From assembly GCF_964194155.1 (NCBI RefSeq), contig NC_135892.1:67580001-67644000 (forward strand): a stretch of 64,000 nucleotides of DNA. Direction: 5' to 3'. Positions 1 through 13,219 of this stretch are shown here, in pieces; within the stretch, counting starts at the first letter, position 1; each line of letters begins with the position of its first letter. Position numbers and translations under genes: made by a program. The DNA is from Cetorhinus maximus. Lineage: Eukaryota. The notes beneath the pieces are model-generated. The model did no database searches and had not been told where the DNA came from. It saw only the letters and a list, made by a program, of their open reading frames with translations.

Positions 1-2625
1 CAAAAAAGAGTTTATGCTACAAATCTGAAACAAATGAATTTTAAATATTGCTGTTTATTTTCTATGAGTCCCGCATAAATATAGTTGACAGGTGTGTTTG
101 AATTTTACTCTTGCCACTTTCTTTTAAAACATGCTGTTTACAATGTTTTTAATCTTAACTAGTACATAAGTCCTCGACCAGGTTACTGTCGATGTCAAAC
201 TGCAAAAACTCTTGATAATCTTTGTACCTAATTGTATTCATTGTTTTACAACTATTGTATACTAAAATATGCACAGAAGGGATATTAATAAAATATATTA
301 AAAATGTATTGATATGAATACTACTTCACCATTTCTAAAAACAAGAACTTTTCAAGCCTGCCATGTTGTTTATATACTCTAATGAGGAAATAGTTTCATA
401 TCTAGGTGTTCTAGGTTGCATGTTGCTGTGTACAGTAATATGTGCGTGACAGAATGTTGATCAGTTCAATGCAGAGATCGATATTTTTAAATTTTATTCT
501 CTCAAACTCCACTATTCCAGGGAAAAGCTGTAGAATGAATCAATGTAGCCATATCCATACTTGCTAGTTCGATCAAAATCAATAAATTTTTTACCTCAGG
601 ACAAAAGACAGTTGTAGTTCATTCTCTGATTATGTATTAACCTGTCTTGAAGAATTAATTGATTTACAACATTTATGTTATAGATACAGATGTAACTTCA
701 TTAGAAGAATCTGGGAGACCATTTCAACTTAATTAAACCTATGATTATTATTAAGGTAGAAAAAGACAATTTTTATTAACTTTGTGTTCATTCATATGTG
801 TAACTGGAGGGAAATCATTCTGCATCTCTTCCCACACCCCCCATCCACGACCCCATCTCATCTTTAACTGCAGATGCCCACAGAAATTGGCTGAGTTAAG
901 AATTATCTGTCAATGATGCAACAGCACTAAAATGCCTGGGTTATAAAATTTGGATAAATAAAATGGGCCTGTGTTGCTTGAAATAAAAACAGAAAATGCT
1001 GGAAATATTCAGTTGTCAGACAACAACTGTGGAGAGAAACAATGTTAACATTTCAGGTCATGATGATCCTTCATGCCTGCACTTTTGAGGGTTGAGTTGC
1101 AAGGGCTCAAGGCTGCATGGGGCCCAAGAGCCACAGGTTAATCATCTCAGATTCATGTCTACCATTGATACCTTGGTTCGGTGGTGTCAGTCATTTAGGC
1201 ACTCAGAGCATCTTACCTTTGTGCAACTTGAGTAACACTGCCCTATGTTTACTTATACAATAGTTTATCTGAAGATGCGACAGTAGCATCCCCATGTGAT
1301 CTGGATTGGATATTTCATGTCTTTTATGCATTGGCAGATTGAGTTACCACATCATTAAGGTGCTTTATTTCATGGTGAGGTGGACAAAGGGCAACCATTA
1401 AGATCAGATTCACTCAGGTTTTACTGACTATCTTTGCAATTAAAACTAACAAATGCTTCTCCACCCCACTTCAGTGAATTGGCTTAATTCCACTGCATTC
1501 TGTTCAATATGTGAGGGCAGACAGAGCCTCCTCCTTTTATTTTTTAAAATTCCTGTCTCCAGTTCCAGTTCTTAGACAAACACCTCTTCCCATGAAGTGG
1601 AATCCACCAGCCTAATTTGGTTTGGCAGTAACCACAGCTAAGTTTCAACTGAAGAGCATTAACACAGGAACAGTGAGTGAACAATCACTGGAATGTTAAC
1701 CATCTTTCATTGTCTCCAGAATACTGAGACAGATGCCTGTTGGAAACTTTATCTATGCCTGCCATGTTGATCTGAGAATTTAACCTTTGAGACCTACGCT
1801 TAGCTCAATAGTAGATTTAGTCCCTGAATCAACCTCTTCTAGCTAGTGGTCAATTTTACACTCCTCCTTGCCTTCATTCCACTGGCCAACCTCCAGCTAT
1901 GTGCCCACTGATACTCAGTACCCTGAACAGCTGGATTCACACCCTGTCCACGACTATCTCCAAATTTGGATGTGATGCTCAAAGCCAACTTCATGTCTGC
2001 AAATGAATTTCATTCCACTATAGTAGCTCAGACTTCAATTGGATACTCTCATCAATTCCTCCCTGTTTCGCCTATTTGCTGACATTCCTGAGTATCCTGG
2101 ATTGCCTCTGTGTCTGCTTGTGTGTTTTGGTTGCTGCTCTGGATATGAACTCATTGCTTCTACCTCCCTTTGTTTTTTCTCTTGCACCTCCCCCCACCCA
2201 GGAGCATAGTTTCCTGACACCCTGTCATGCCACCTTTCATTTCTCTCCTCCCCCACTCCATACCATAGTCCATCAGTACTTTCCTATAGCTGTCTGTGGC
2301 TTTAATCTCTTTCAATAAGGTCACAGCTACCCTTGGTGCCTCTGGGCATTCCTCAAATAGACCAGTGAGGCACTTGTCACTGCCCCCTTATGAGCAGCAA
2401 TGCTGCAGCTTTATCCTCTTGTTGCTCTTTCTGCCCAATGTGCTTGCTGAGACAAATCTTGCCAATATTCTTCCTGCTAATTCACGTACCTGCCACTATC
2501 CCTGAGATTCTGCTAACAAATCAAGAATCACTGCCCCATCTTTAATTTATTCCAGAATGTCTGTCCACAGAAACAAGGAAGCCCTTTGCCAGCAATGTCA
2601 TTGTGAGCAATTGCATTGACACAAT

Positions 2626-3218
2626 GGGCTGAATACCCCCGGGGCAGGATGGCAGACGAGAGTGGCAGCAAAATTGGGCTTCATGCTGGTGGCAGCATTC
2701 CCAGCATCTAAGCATCCATGCCTGATCATGCTTCAATTTTGCCAGCAGTAGGAGAGCCATTGGGCGGTGCTCGCCTGTGGGCCAATTGCAAGTCCTTGTA
2801 ACCAATTAATGGCCACTTAAGGGCCTCCTCCTGCAGCTGCTGGGGTTTCACCCACTGCAAGAAGTGTCCAGCCAGCCCAGTGAAACCTGGTGGTTGGACA
2901 AGGGGCAGTGTGCCTCCTTTTTGGACTGCGAGTGCAAATCTGAGTCCCTGTTTTCCCCCCCACACCCCACCAAGATATTCCCCCTGCCACATTTCTCTTC
3001 TTGCTAGGGCCTGTCAGCCTGGCACCAGTGAAACCCCGGATTTACCTTCAAGTCCAGCTGCATCGCAATCACTTCTCTCTGGGACCTGCTGCTGGGACCA
3101 GAGAACTGCCAGCCATTCGATTGGCTGACAGCTCTGAGGTGGGGGCGTCCTCTCCAATGGGGCTGGAAGTCTTGCTTAAAGTAAATTAATTGCTTGCCCT
3201 CAGCATAAAATTCAGCCC
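2626..3218. mobile_element. Non-autonomous DNA transposon (MITE, PIF/Harbinger-like)
   Basis: TIRs GGGCTGAAT (2626-2634) and ATTCAGCCC (3210-3218); 3-bp TSD AAT on both sides. Confidence 0.75.
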
Positions 3219-4944
3219 AATAGCTTTGACTGAAACATAGTTTCTGGGTATTGACAGCTTCTGCTAACTGAAACCTACCATCTGAATATACTTTGCACCA
3301 CTTGCCTGACCCAAAGTGCCATAGTGGAGGTGTAATCTTCATCAACAAAAAGTATCTTAAGGTGGAATTTTCCCAGATTTGCACTAAATGTGGTAGCAGA
3401 CACGTAAAATGACATTTTATCCACCGGCTGCGATGGCAGGTTTTCACATCGTATTGGTCCCAAACCTGCCTTATTATTTATGCACTCCCAGGAAACATGC
3501 CATTTCCATGGTGGGTGGGCTCCCATTCGCCCACTGGCCATCATGTCAGGGGTCAAGTTTAAAGCCCAGCCGCAAGCACAGTTCTCATTGCTTCCAGCCC
3601 ACCACTGAAAACTAAAAACTTGGCTTCTAGCTCTCTATCATGGGGATTGGAAAGTCAAACCCACAACTGGCCTCTGAGGTGGGGATCCCTTGGTGGCTAT
3701 CCACTGCTGAAGTAAGGCCATTACAACAGATTGTAAATGTCATTACAATGTATTAATTAGATATTTCAAATTGATATGTTATACAAGAAGGCTTCTGACA
3801 GATACAGTTTTAGCTTCTGGGTCAAATGCAGCTTGCTGGATGGCATGTATGTTTTGTGGATTTAATCTGGTGTGAGCTATAATTAATTTACTATTTGCAT
3901 TTTGATATAAATTTACCCATATATTCTCCTAAGATCCTGAAATGTGACCTGATCAGATCGCATCTGTATTTGTGACTGGAAATTATACTGAAGATACCAG
4001 TTTCACAGTACCTTCTCGTCTCTCACAAAGTGTTTCACACACATTATTTTTGAAATGCTGTCATTGTTATGTAGGCAAATGCAGCATTCCACAAACCAAT
4101 GAGCCAAATGGTCACTTTGGCTGTAATATTTTTTAACTAATTAATTTCAAAAACATTAATGTTGATGTCACTAGAAGCACTTCTTGCTAATTATCTCCAT
4201 AGTTACCAGTGTATTGAATCTGTCAGAGGCTCTGTTTGTTTAGCTTCTGAACCCTGTAGAGAGCGCTCTGTGCTCTGAAATGGCCTAGCAAGGGCAATTA
4301 GGGAAAGACAATATATGCTGGTCTTGCCAACCCAAGAATGAATTAAAAAGAATAAAAGAGGTTTTAGTGCACTCCTCAAACTAGGAAAATCTGTTGAGCT
4401 AATACAGATTTATTTGATAGACTACATAACACCAAGCACAAAATGGGCAGGGTCACCACTATTCACTGAAAATACCAGAAGATTGACTTTGCTGCAAAGT
4501 ATGCAGCATTATGCTATTGAGAAAAAAATTTTCAACTGCTTGTAAAAAGGAAAAATGAAGTTTTTGAGATAGAAAAATTCCTTTTGAAAAACACATCTGA
4601 AATAATGCAGGAGCACAAGAAAAGCCATGTGACAGATGAGCCTTATGCAATGCTAACCCTGTAAAATTGGCATCTAGGGGCATCTCCAAAATTTTGGAAC
4701 AATGAACCAAGCAGTAGATGCAGTGCTGCGTTTGTTCCTGCTTACGATCTATGCTGAATATCAGGGATGTATCGTGAAAGTGGGCACTGACTGTCCTACA
4801 GTACAATGGAACAATACAACTACAATACAGCAGTACACTGTTCCTTGGAAAACCAAGTACCTGGGAAGCACTCTGTATGCTTCAATGCAGGCAGTAAGCA
4901 CAAAAGGGAATGGGAGTCTATGGTGTTCATCATTAAGTACCAGC

Positions 4945-5345
4945 ACAGCCCAGTGGTAGCACTTTCACCTCTGAATCTGAAGGTTGGAGATTCAAGTCCC
5001 ACTACAGCACTTAAACATGTGACTAAGCTGTAATAAGTGCAGTATTGTGTTTAGATGAAAATTAAACCGAGGTCTCTTTTGCTTATGCAGCTGGACATGA
5101 AAGATTCCATGGTACGACTTGAAAAGAGCAAGGGAGCACTCATGTCCTGTTTAAGGAATATCCCTTAATCAACACCAAAAGAGATTAATGGCCACCTCAT
5201 CACCTCACTTCTATTTGCAGAACCTTATTGCACCTAAATTTGTTACTGCATTTTGCCTATTGAACAATACTAACTATACAAAGTGATTAATTGGCTGTAA
5301 AGTACGTTGGGATGTTTTGTATGCTTGAGAGGTGCTATGTAAAAA
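4945..5345 (+). mobile_element. Old tRNA-headed Deu-domain-type SINE
   Basis: Head CAGTGGTAGCAC...GATTCAAGTCCCACT; central TTAGATGAAAATTAAACCGAGG..AAAGATTCCATGG; tail TTGGCTGTAAAG..GGTGCTATGTAAA. Confidence 0.7.
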
Positions 5346-5855
5346 TCAATAGGCTTCCAAATTCCATACTACTGTGGTAGTCGCCTTTTACTACGGCCAA
5401 GCCACTCACTCCAAATGGGCAAAACTCAAGATGCCTCCATTTCAATGAAAAAAAATCAAGTATTCAAATACACTATGTACAATTTTTTCAGTTGCCCTTG
5501 CTAAATAAACTTTTTTCAATCTGGAAAACTGTACCAAGCACAATGGTGAGTCAAACAGTTTTGCTATCCAAATGAAAAGCAGCAGATATGAGTCTTTCAG
5601 AATCTATTGTGTAAATCAAATACACCTTGAAGCTTCATTCATTTAACTGTGAGTACTTGATGCAAATGATAGGCCGCTACAAATTCAAGTCACCCTTCCT
5701 TTGGGTAAGCAAAGCCATGCTGGCATATTACAAAACGTTTTCTTCTTGATTCAAGTGAAAAGAAAAGCTTCCTTGCAATGAATGAATGGTGGTGTAGGGT
5801 TCAGTTGCATACATCAGTTATTACTTAACACTACAGATTCAAGTAGACAACTGAG

Positions 5856-6062
5856 TTTTTATTTATTCTTACATGGGATGTGGGCATCAGTGGCAAGGCC
5901 AGCAATTGTTGCCCATCTCTAATTGCCCTTGAACTGAGTAGCTTGCTAGGCCATTTCAGAGGCAGTTAAAAGTCAACCACTTTGCTGTGGATCTAGAGTC
6001 ACATGTAGGCCAGACCAGGTGAGGATGGCAGATTTCCTTCCCTAAGGGACATTAGTGAACGA
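5856..6062 (-). mobile_element. 3' half of the same tRNA-SINE family
   Basis: GGGATGTGGGCATC...GCAGATTTCCTTCCCTAAGGGACATTAGTGAAC; a smaller plus-strand piece lies at ~4270-4355. Confidence 0.8.
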
Positions 6063-6949
6063 GACAGTGTCACATGAGCTGGGACATGTTTGCACATTTC
6101 GCAAAATTTATGTAATTATTTTATAAAACCTTCAGGAAACCTCATCCCACCCATGGATGAGGTTCGCTGAAAAATGCGAAGGTCGCTTGGGCTGTTCGCC
6201 TGTCCGCCAACTTTAAGGTTGGACGGGCAGCATTGTTAACAACGTCAAATAACTTTTTTATGGCCTTAATAGGCCATTGATAGTTCGGCGGGCATGCACC
6301 CGCTGAACGCAACATCGAAATGACACACGATGATGTCAGGATGCACTCCCAACTTCATGACGCGTCATTTTTTGCTTCGATGTGTCGGGCCCACCCCTGG
6401 ACACTGACGACAATATTCTGCCCCATATTTACATCTGTCACTTTAGCTGACCAGAGACAAGGTAGAGAGAGTTGGGATTACCTTATTAAGGGTTTGATTT
6501 TCCTTAGCAATTAAATAAGCCATACCTTTATGATGAATGATAACATTCAATTAAGCTATTTTTCAAACTTAGCTTCCTTTCTTAATTTTAAAATTTATCG
6601 TCTATTGTATTTGCAAATGATAATTCCTATGGTCATCCCAGCTCACATCAAACAATAAATATGGTAGTGATTCTATCACATCTACGTCTGTACACTGTGC
6701 TGCTCATAATTCGCAGTCACTCGGAATAAATCTCATTTTCGATTTAAGTGTGTCACATAATTCACTTTTCACAATAAACACAGCATAATCTGTTTAAGAG
6801 GGATTGCAATTTCTCATTCTTTGATAATGTAAATTTCATTCATGCTATTTCTTCCATTACTGACAGCTCTGGAGTCAGATGTTAATAGGATGTGAGAGAG
6901 GTTTGGAATGTATACCTTAGTCCATGATACCTGAAGAGGAGAGACTAGG

Positions 6950-7670
6950 CAGCTGGAGCAGACCTGAAAGTAATCGAGAGCACCGAGGAGAGGGTAAATT
7001 GATGGCCAGCCCCAGGCCTCTCACTTAACTGGAGCGAGAGTCAACAGCAGTAGTAGATTGGGGTGTGCATGAGTTTGAAAATGTAAGAGAGGAAAAGCAA
7101 ACTGTCAGCACAAGAAGGTAGTGAGTTGATTGGCTAGTGAGTATTGATAATTTCCCTTCAAAGTTAGGGAATTATTTTTAGAAGATGGGGAGTTAAAAAT
7201 TTCAATATTATTTTAGAAATAAGGAGTAAGTAAAACATTCATTTAACTTCCCTATATTTAAAAAGAAGACAGCTCACCACCACATTCTCAAACGTAATTA
7301 GGGATGGCAATAAATGCTGGCCTAGCCAACGACATGAATTTTTTAAAAGTGGCATCAATAAAGGGAAGTGAGTAGCTGGTGAGTCTCTTTTTTAAGTAGT
7401 AAGGTTTATTAGTTGTAGTAAGGTTATTATCTAATAGACAGAGGAATGGCAGGGCAGGGCAGCTCCAGCTCTCGAGTGCACACCCTGTGCTACATGGGAA
7501 CTCCAGGATACTCCCTGGATAACCATGTGTGGTGACCAGTAGGCAGTCAGGAAGAAACAGGCAAGCAGTGTAGGAGTCCCCTGAGTGCATCTCACCCTTC
7601 AACCAACATTTAGTCTTGAACGCTGCTGGAAATGATGGTTTATCTGGGGAGTGCAGCCAGAGCCAAGTCC
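6950..7670 (+). mobile_element. 5'UTR and ORF1 start of a second CR1 copy, containing a short LINE/SINE 3'-tail insert at ~7265-7345
   Basis: GATTGG..GTGAGTA 5'UTR motifs like those at 12600-12730; ATGGCAGGGCAG...GAGTGCACACCCTGTGCTACATGGGAA resembles a CR1 ORF1 N-terminal Cys motif. Confidence 0.55.
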
Positions 7671-10600
7671 ATTCACCATTCAAGCCTGCTCTGCCATTCA
7701 ATTAGATCATCACTGATCTACTTCAATGCCATTTTCCTGCACTATTCCTATATTCCTTGATATATTTAATATCTAGAAATCTATCAATCTCTGTCCTGAA
7801 TATACTCAATGATTGAGCCTCCATAGCCCTCTGGGGTAGAGAATTCCGAAGAGTCACCAACCTCTGCGTGAAGGAATTCCTCCTTATCTCAGTTCTAAAT
7901 GGCCCACCTCTTACTCTGAGATTGTGTCCCCTGGTTCTGGAACACCACCACCACACGAGCACCCACCGCCAACCCGCTGAGCCAGGGGAAACATCCTTTC
8001 TGCATCTACCCTGTCAAGCCCTTTAAGAATTTTGTATGCTTTCACCTCTCATTCTTCTAAACGCTAGAGAATAGAGGCCCAGTTTCCACAATCTCTCCTC
8101 ATAAGCAGACCAAAACCGTACACAATACTCTAGGTGCGGTCTCACCAAGGCTCTGTACAATTGCAACAAAACATTTTTACTCCTGTACTCAAATCCTCTT
8201 GCAATAAAGGCCAACATACCATTTGCCTTCCTAATTGTCTTCCGCATCTGCATATTAGCAGTTATGAACAAGGGTACCCAAGTCCCTTTGGGAATTAACA
8301 CTTCTTGAGTTTCACCATTTAAGAAATACTCTGCATTCCTGTCTTTTCTACCAACTTCGATAACTTCACATTTTTCCACATTATATTCCATCGACCTGTA
8401 CTTGCCCACTCACTTAGCCTGTCTAAATCCCTTTGTAACCTCTTTGTATCCTCTTCATATCTCACATTCACAGCTAGTTTTGTGTCATCTGCAAACTTGG
8501 AAATATTACGTTTGGTCCCTACATCCAAATCATTGATGTAGGTTGTGAATAGCTGGGGCCCAAGCACTGATCCTTGTAGTACCTCAGTAGTCATAGCCTG
8601 CCAACCTGAGAATGATTTGTTTATTCCTACTCTCTTTTCAGTTCATTAACCAATTCTCAATCCATGCCAATGTATATAACCTCCAATCCCATGTGCTCTA
8701 ATTTTGTTTACTAACCTCCTGTGTGGGACCTTACTGAAAGCCGTCTGAAAATCCAAATACACCACATCCACTGGTTCCCCTTTATTTATTCTGCTAGTTA
8801 CATCCTCAAAAAACATGAACAGGTTTGTCAAACATGATTTCCTTTTCATAAATCCATGTTGACTCTGCCCAATACTACCATTATTTTATCAGTTTTCAGT
8901 TATCACATCCTTTAGAATAGATTCTAGCATTTTCCCTACTACTGATGTCAGGCTAACAGGTCTGTAGTTTCCTGTTTTCTCTCTCCCTCCTTTCTTAAAT
9001 AATGGGGTTATTTTTGCTACCTTCCAATCTGCAGGAACTGTTCCAGAAGCTATAGAATTTTGGAGGATGACCACCAATGCATCCACTATCTCTACAGCCA
9101 CCTCCTTCAACACTCTGGGATATAGATCATCAGGCCCAGGGGATCTACCAACTTTCAGTCCCATTAATTTCTCCAGCATTACTTTTTTTATTAATGCTAA
9201 TTTCTTTCAGTTCCCCATTCTCGCTAGTCCCTTGGTCCTCTTGTATTCCTGGGAGGTTTTTTGTATCTTCCTCCATGAAGACAGACACAAAGTATTTGTT
9301 TAGTTTTGCTGCCAGTTCCTTATTCCCCAACATAAATTTTCCTGTCTCTGACTGTAGTGGGCCCACATTTGTCTTTGCTAATCTTTTCCTTTTTACATAC
9401 TTATAGAAGCTTTTACAGTGAATTTTTATGTTTCTCACTAGTTTACTTTCATATTCTATTTTTCTTTATCAGTTTCTTCGTACTCCTTTGGTGAATTTTA
9501 AAATGTTCCCAATCCTCAGGCTTTCTACTTGTTTGGCAACTTTATAAGCCCCTTCTTTTGATCTAATATAATTTTTAACTTCTCTTGTTAGCCATGGTTG
9601 GATCACTTCCCCTGTTGGGTTTTTATGCCTCAAAGGAATGTAAATTTGTTGTAAACCATGTATTAATTCTTTAAATGATCACTATTGCCTCTATACCATC
9701 ATACTTTTTGATACAGCTTCCCAATCTACCACAGCCAATTTGCCACTTATACCTTCATAGTTTCTTTTGTTTAGAATTAAGGCCCTAGTTTTAGATTCAT
9801 CTATATCACTTGCAAATTTAATGTGACATTCTATCATATTATGGTCACTCTTCTCTAGGATCTCCTTTACAAACAAGATTATTAATTAGTCCTTTCTCAT
9901 TGCACAATACTAGATCTAAAATAGCCCATCCTCTAGTTGGTTACTCCAAATACTGCTGTAGAAAACCATCTCAAATACATTCCAGGAATTCATCTTCCAA
10001 AGCAATAGTGCTAATTAAGTTTACCCAGTCTCACTGATTACTGTATTACCCTTGTTACATGCATCTCTAATTTCCATGCCCCACATTACCACTACTGTTC
10101 GGTGGCCTATAAACAACTCCTACCAATGTTTACGGTCCCTTGGTGTTTCTTAACTAATTTTACATCTTGATCTTCTGATCTAAGGTCCTCTCTCACTAAC
10201 GTACTTTTTTAACAGCGCTACCCCACCTTCTTTTCCTTTTTGCATATCCTTCCCAAATGTCAAAAACCCTTGAATATTCAGTTCCCAGCCTTGGTCATCC
10301 TACAGTCACATCTCCATAATGACAATTAAATCATACCTGTTTACTTCCATTTGTGCCATCAATTCATCTAACTTGCAGCAAATGCAATGTGTATTCAGAT
10401 AGAGTGCCTTTAATTCTGTCTTTTTATTATTTTTGCAACCCTAGCCTTATCTGCTGGACACTCTTAAGTTGGTACACCCTGTCCCTTCCCACCACATTCA
10501 GATTATCAATTCCTTTACTACTACCTTGCTCTCTTCCTTGTCCTCTCTCTTTAATTTATCACATCTTCCCTCACCTGATCCCTCGCCCCACTATTTAGTT

Positions 10601-12900
10601 TAAAGCCCTCTCTATTGCCCTAGTTATACGACTTGCCAGAACACTGGTCCCAGCATGGTTCAGATGAAGACCATCCCAATAGTACAGCACCCACTTTCCC
10701 CAGTACTGGTGTCAGTGCCCCAAGAATTTAAACCTATTTTTCCCACACCAATCTTTGAATCACGCATTCAACTTTCTAATCTTATTTACCCTACTCCAAT
10801 TTGCTCATGGTTTAGGTAATAATACAGAGATTATTACCTTTGAGGTTCTGCTTTCAAATTTAGTGCTAGTTGCTCATACTTTCTAAACAGAGCCTGTTTC
10901 TAATCCTATTTATGTCATTGGTGCCTACATGGACCACGACAACTTGATCCTCCCCTTCACACTGAAAGTTTCTCTCCAGCCCAGAGCAGATGTCCAGAAC
11001 CCTGACACTGGACAGGCAACACAGCTTTCTGGACTCCTGCTCTAGGCTGCAGTGAACTATGTCTATCATGCTTACTATACTGTCACCTACTACCACTACA
11101 TTCCTATTTACTTGCCCCACTTGAATGGCTTCCTGTACCAAGGTGCCATGGTCCGTTCGCTCATCCACTCTGCAGCCTGCACTTTTGCCCATAAAGGCTG
11201 CAAGAATCTCAAACCTGTTGGACAACAGCAAGGGCTGAAGCTACTTCACTTATACCTTCTCGATCCCCATATCTGCCTCACTCCCAGTCACACCCTCCTG
11301 CACCCGACTAAGGACCAAATCTGATGACCCTATTCTAAGAGGTGTGACTGTGTGACTGCCCCAGGGACAAAATGTCCAGGTAACTTTCCCTCTTCCTGAG
11401 GTGTCGCAGTGTCTGTAGCTCAGCCTCCAGCTCAATGACTTTGAGCCAAAGTTCCTTCAGCCTCAGACACTTACTGCAGATGTGTTTGTCTTGGTTCACA
11501 CAGGTGTCCACGAGCTTCCACATTCTGCAGCCGCCACACATCACCTGTCCTGCTATTTTTATAGCATTTAATTAGTTAATTATTTTACTAATTAAATTTT
11601 AATTAATGCCGTTAGTACTGCCTGTGCTTTTTATTATTTCGATGTTCACTGATGATTGCGTAATGTTAAGCACCATTTGCAATTCCTCAGATACTGAAGT
11701 AGTCCATGTCCAAATGCAGCAAGACAGACAAATGCAGACAATATCCAGGCTTGGGCTGCAAAGTGGCAAGTAACATTTGTGCCACACAAGTGCCAGGCAA
11801 TGACCATCTCCAACAAGAGAAAATCTAACCATCACTCTTTGACATTCAATGGCGTTACCATCGCTGACTCCCCCACTATCAACATCCTGGGGGGGTTACC
11901 ATTAATCATAAACTGAACCAGACTAGCTATATAAATACTGTGGCTACAAGAGCAGGCCAGAGGCTGGGAATCCTGTGGCGAGTAACTCACCTCCTGACTC
12001 CCCAAAGCCTGCCCACCATCTACAATGCACAAGTCAGGTGTGTGATCAAACATTCTCCATTTGTCTGGATAAGTGCAGCTCCCACAACACTCAAGAAACT
12101 TGAAACCATCTAGGACAAAGCATCCTGCGTGAATGACACCACTTCCACAAACATTCGCTCCCTCCACCACTGACACACAGTGGCAGCAGTGTGTACCATC
12201 TACAAGATGCAGTGCAGAAACTCACCAAGGCTACTTAGGCAGTACCTTCCAAACCCACGACTACTACCATCTAGAAGGACAAGGGCATCAGATACATGGG
12301 AACATCACCACCTGAAAGCTCCCCTCCAAGTCATTCGCCATCCTGACGTGGAAATATATCACCGTTCCTTCACTGTCACTGGGTCAAAATCCTGGAACCT
12401 CTTCCTTAACAACACTGTGCATGTACCTACACCACAGGGACTGCAGCGTTTCAAGAAGGAAGCTCATTACCACTTTCCCAGGGGCAATTAGGAATGAGCA
12501 AAAAATGCTGGCCTAGCCAGCGATGCCCACATCCTGTAAATGAATAAAAAATGTTCTAATTACCCTGATTGAAATTCCCTAGTTAAGATAACTAGGAAAT
12601 ACTCACCAGCCAATCTAATAAGCTTTACTACTAATAGTAAACCTTACTGCTTTGAATAAAACCATGCAATTACTAAAATTACCTGAGTTTTGAAAGATAA
12701 ATGAGAAAAATACTCACCAACTAATCAACTACCTGTTTTCATGTGACATTACACTTTGCATTTTCTCAGAATGCGGTTGGTCCACTCTGGAGCCACAGAT
12801 TGGATTAGATTAGATGGTCCTTTTAGGTGCTTCTGTCTGTCCCTGGTTCCTCCTCTATCCCGCTCTTTTAGGCGCTGCTGCCTATCTCTCCCACTCTTCC
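7670..12900 (-). mobile_element. Near full-length degenerate CR1 LINE (5'UTR, ORF1, ORF2, 3' end), interrupted at ~11641-12551
   Basis: ORF1 fragments: Cys motif CGGCRMW...CSKC plus coiled coil, and SGNH esterase VVGDSIV...GTND. ORF2 fragments: PGPDDLYPRVLKE, NYRPVSL, VYLDFQ-AF-KVPH, QGSVLGP, KFADDTKL, LVRPHLEYC. Many frameshifts; ends approximate. Confidence 0.9.
11641..12551 (+). mobile_element. 5'-truncated LINE of a second CR1/L2-group family (family B), nested in the CR1 5'UTR
   Basis: RT C-terminal remnants (MFTDDC, DNIQAWAAKWQVTF), tail GGCAATTAGG..ATGCTGGCCTAGCCAGCGATGCCCACATCC, A-rich end. Confidence 0.85.
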
Positions 12901-13201
12901 TATATGATGAAAAACTTAGAATATGAATACAGCAAAACTCAGTGAAAAGACATTTATAATTCAAATTATTGACGGTGAAATTGTAATTGCTGGCATAGCA
13001 CAGCTACAATTCAATTCTGGCATAGGGCTTCTTTAAATATTTACAGCTGCAGGGATCTCACTTAATAATACCAGTTAGAACATTAACACTTATGTAATTA
13101 GCCAACTGAGGTGAATGAAAAATTGCTATTGGCAATATTTAAATTGGGATTTCATTTATATTTCCAAATCTGGCTCCCCTAATTCTAGTGACAGATTTAA
13201 A

Positions 13202-13219
13202 ATATATATATATATATAT
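13202..13219. repeat. (TA)n microsatellite
   Basis: atatatatatatatatat. Confidence 0.8.
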
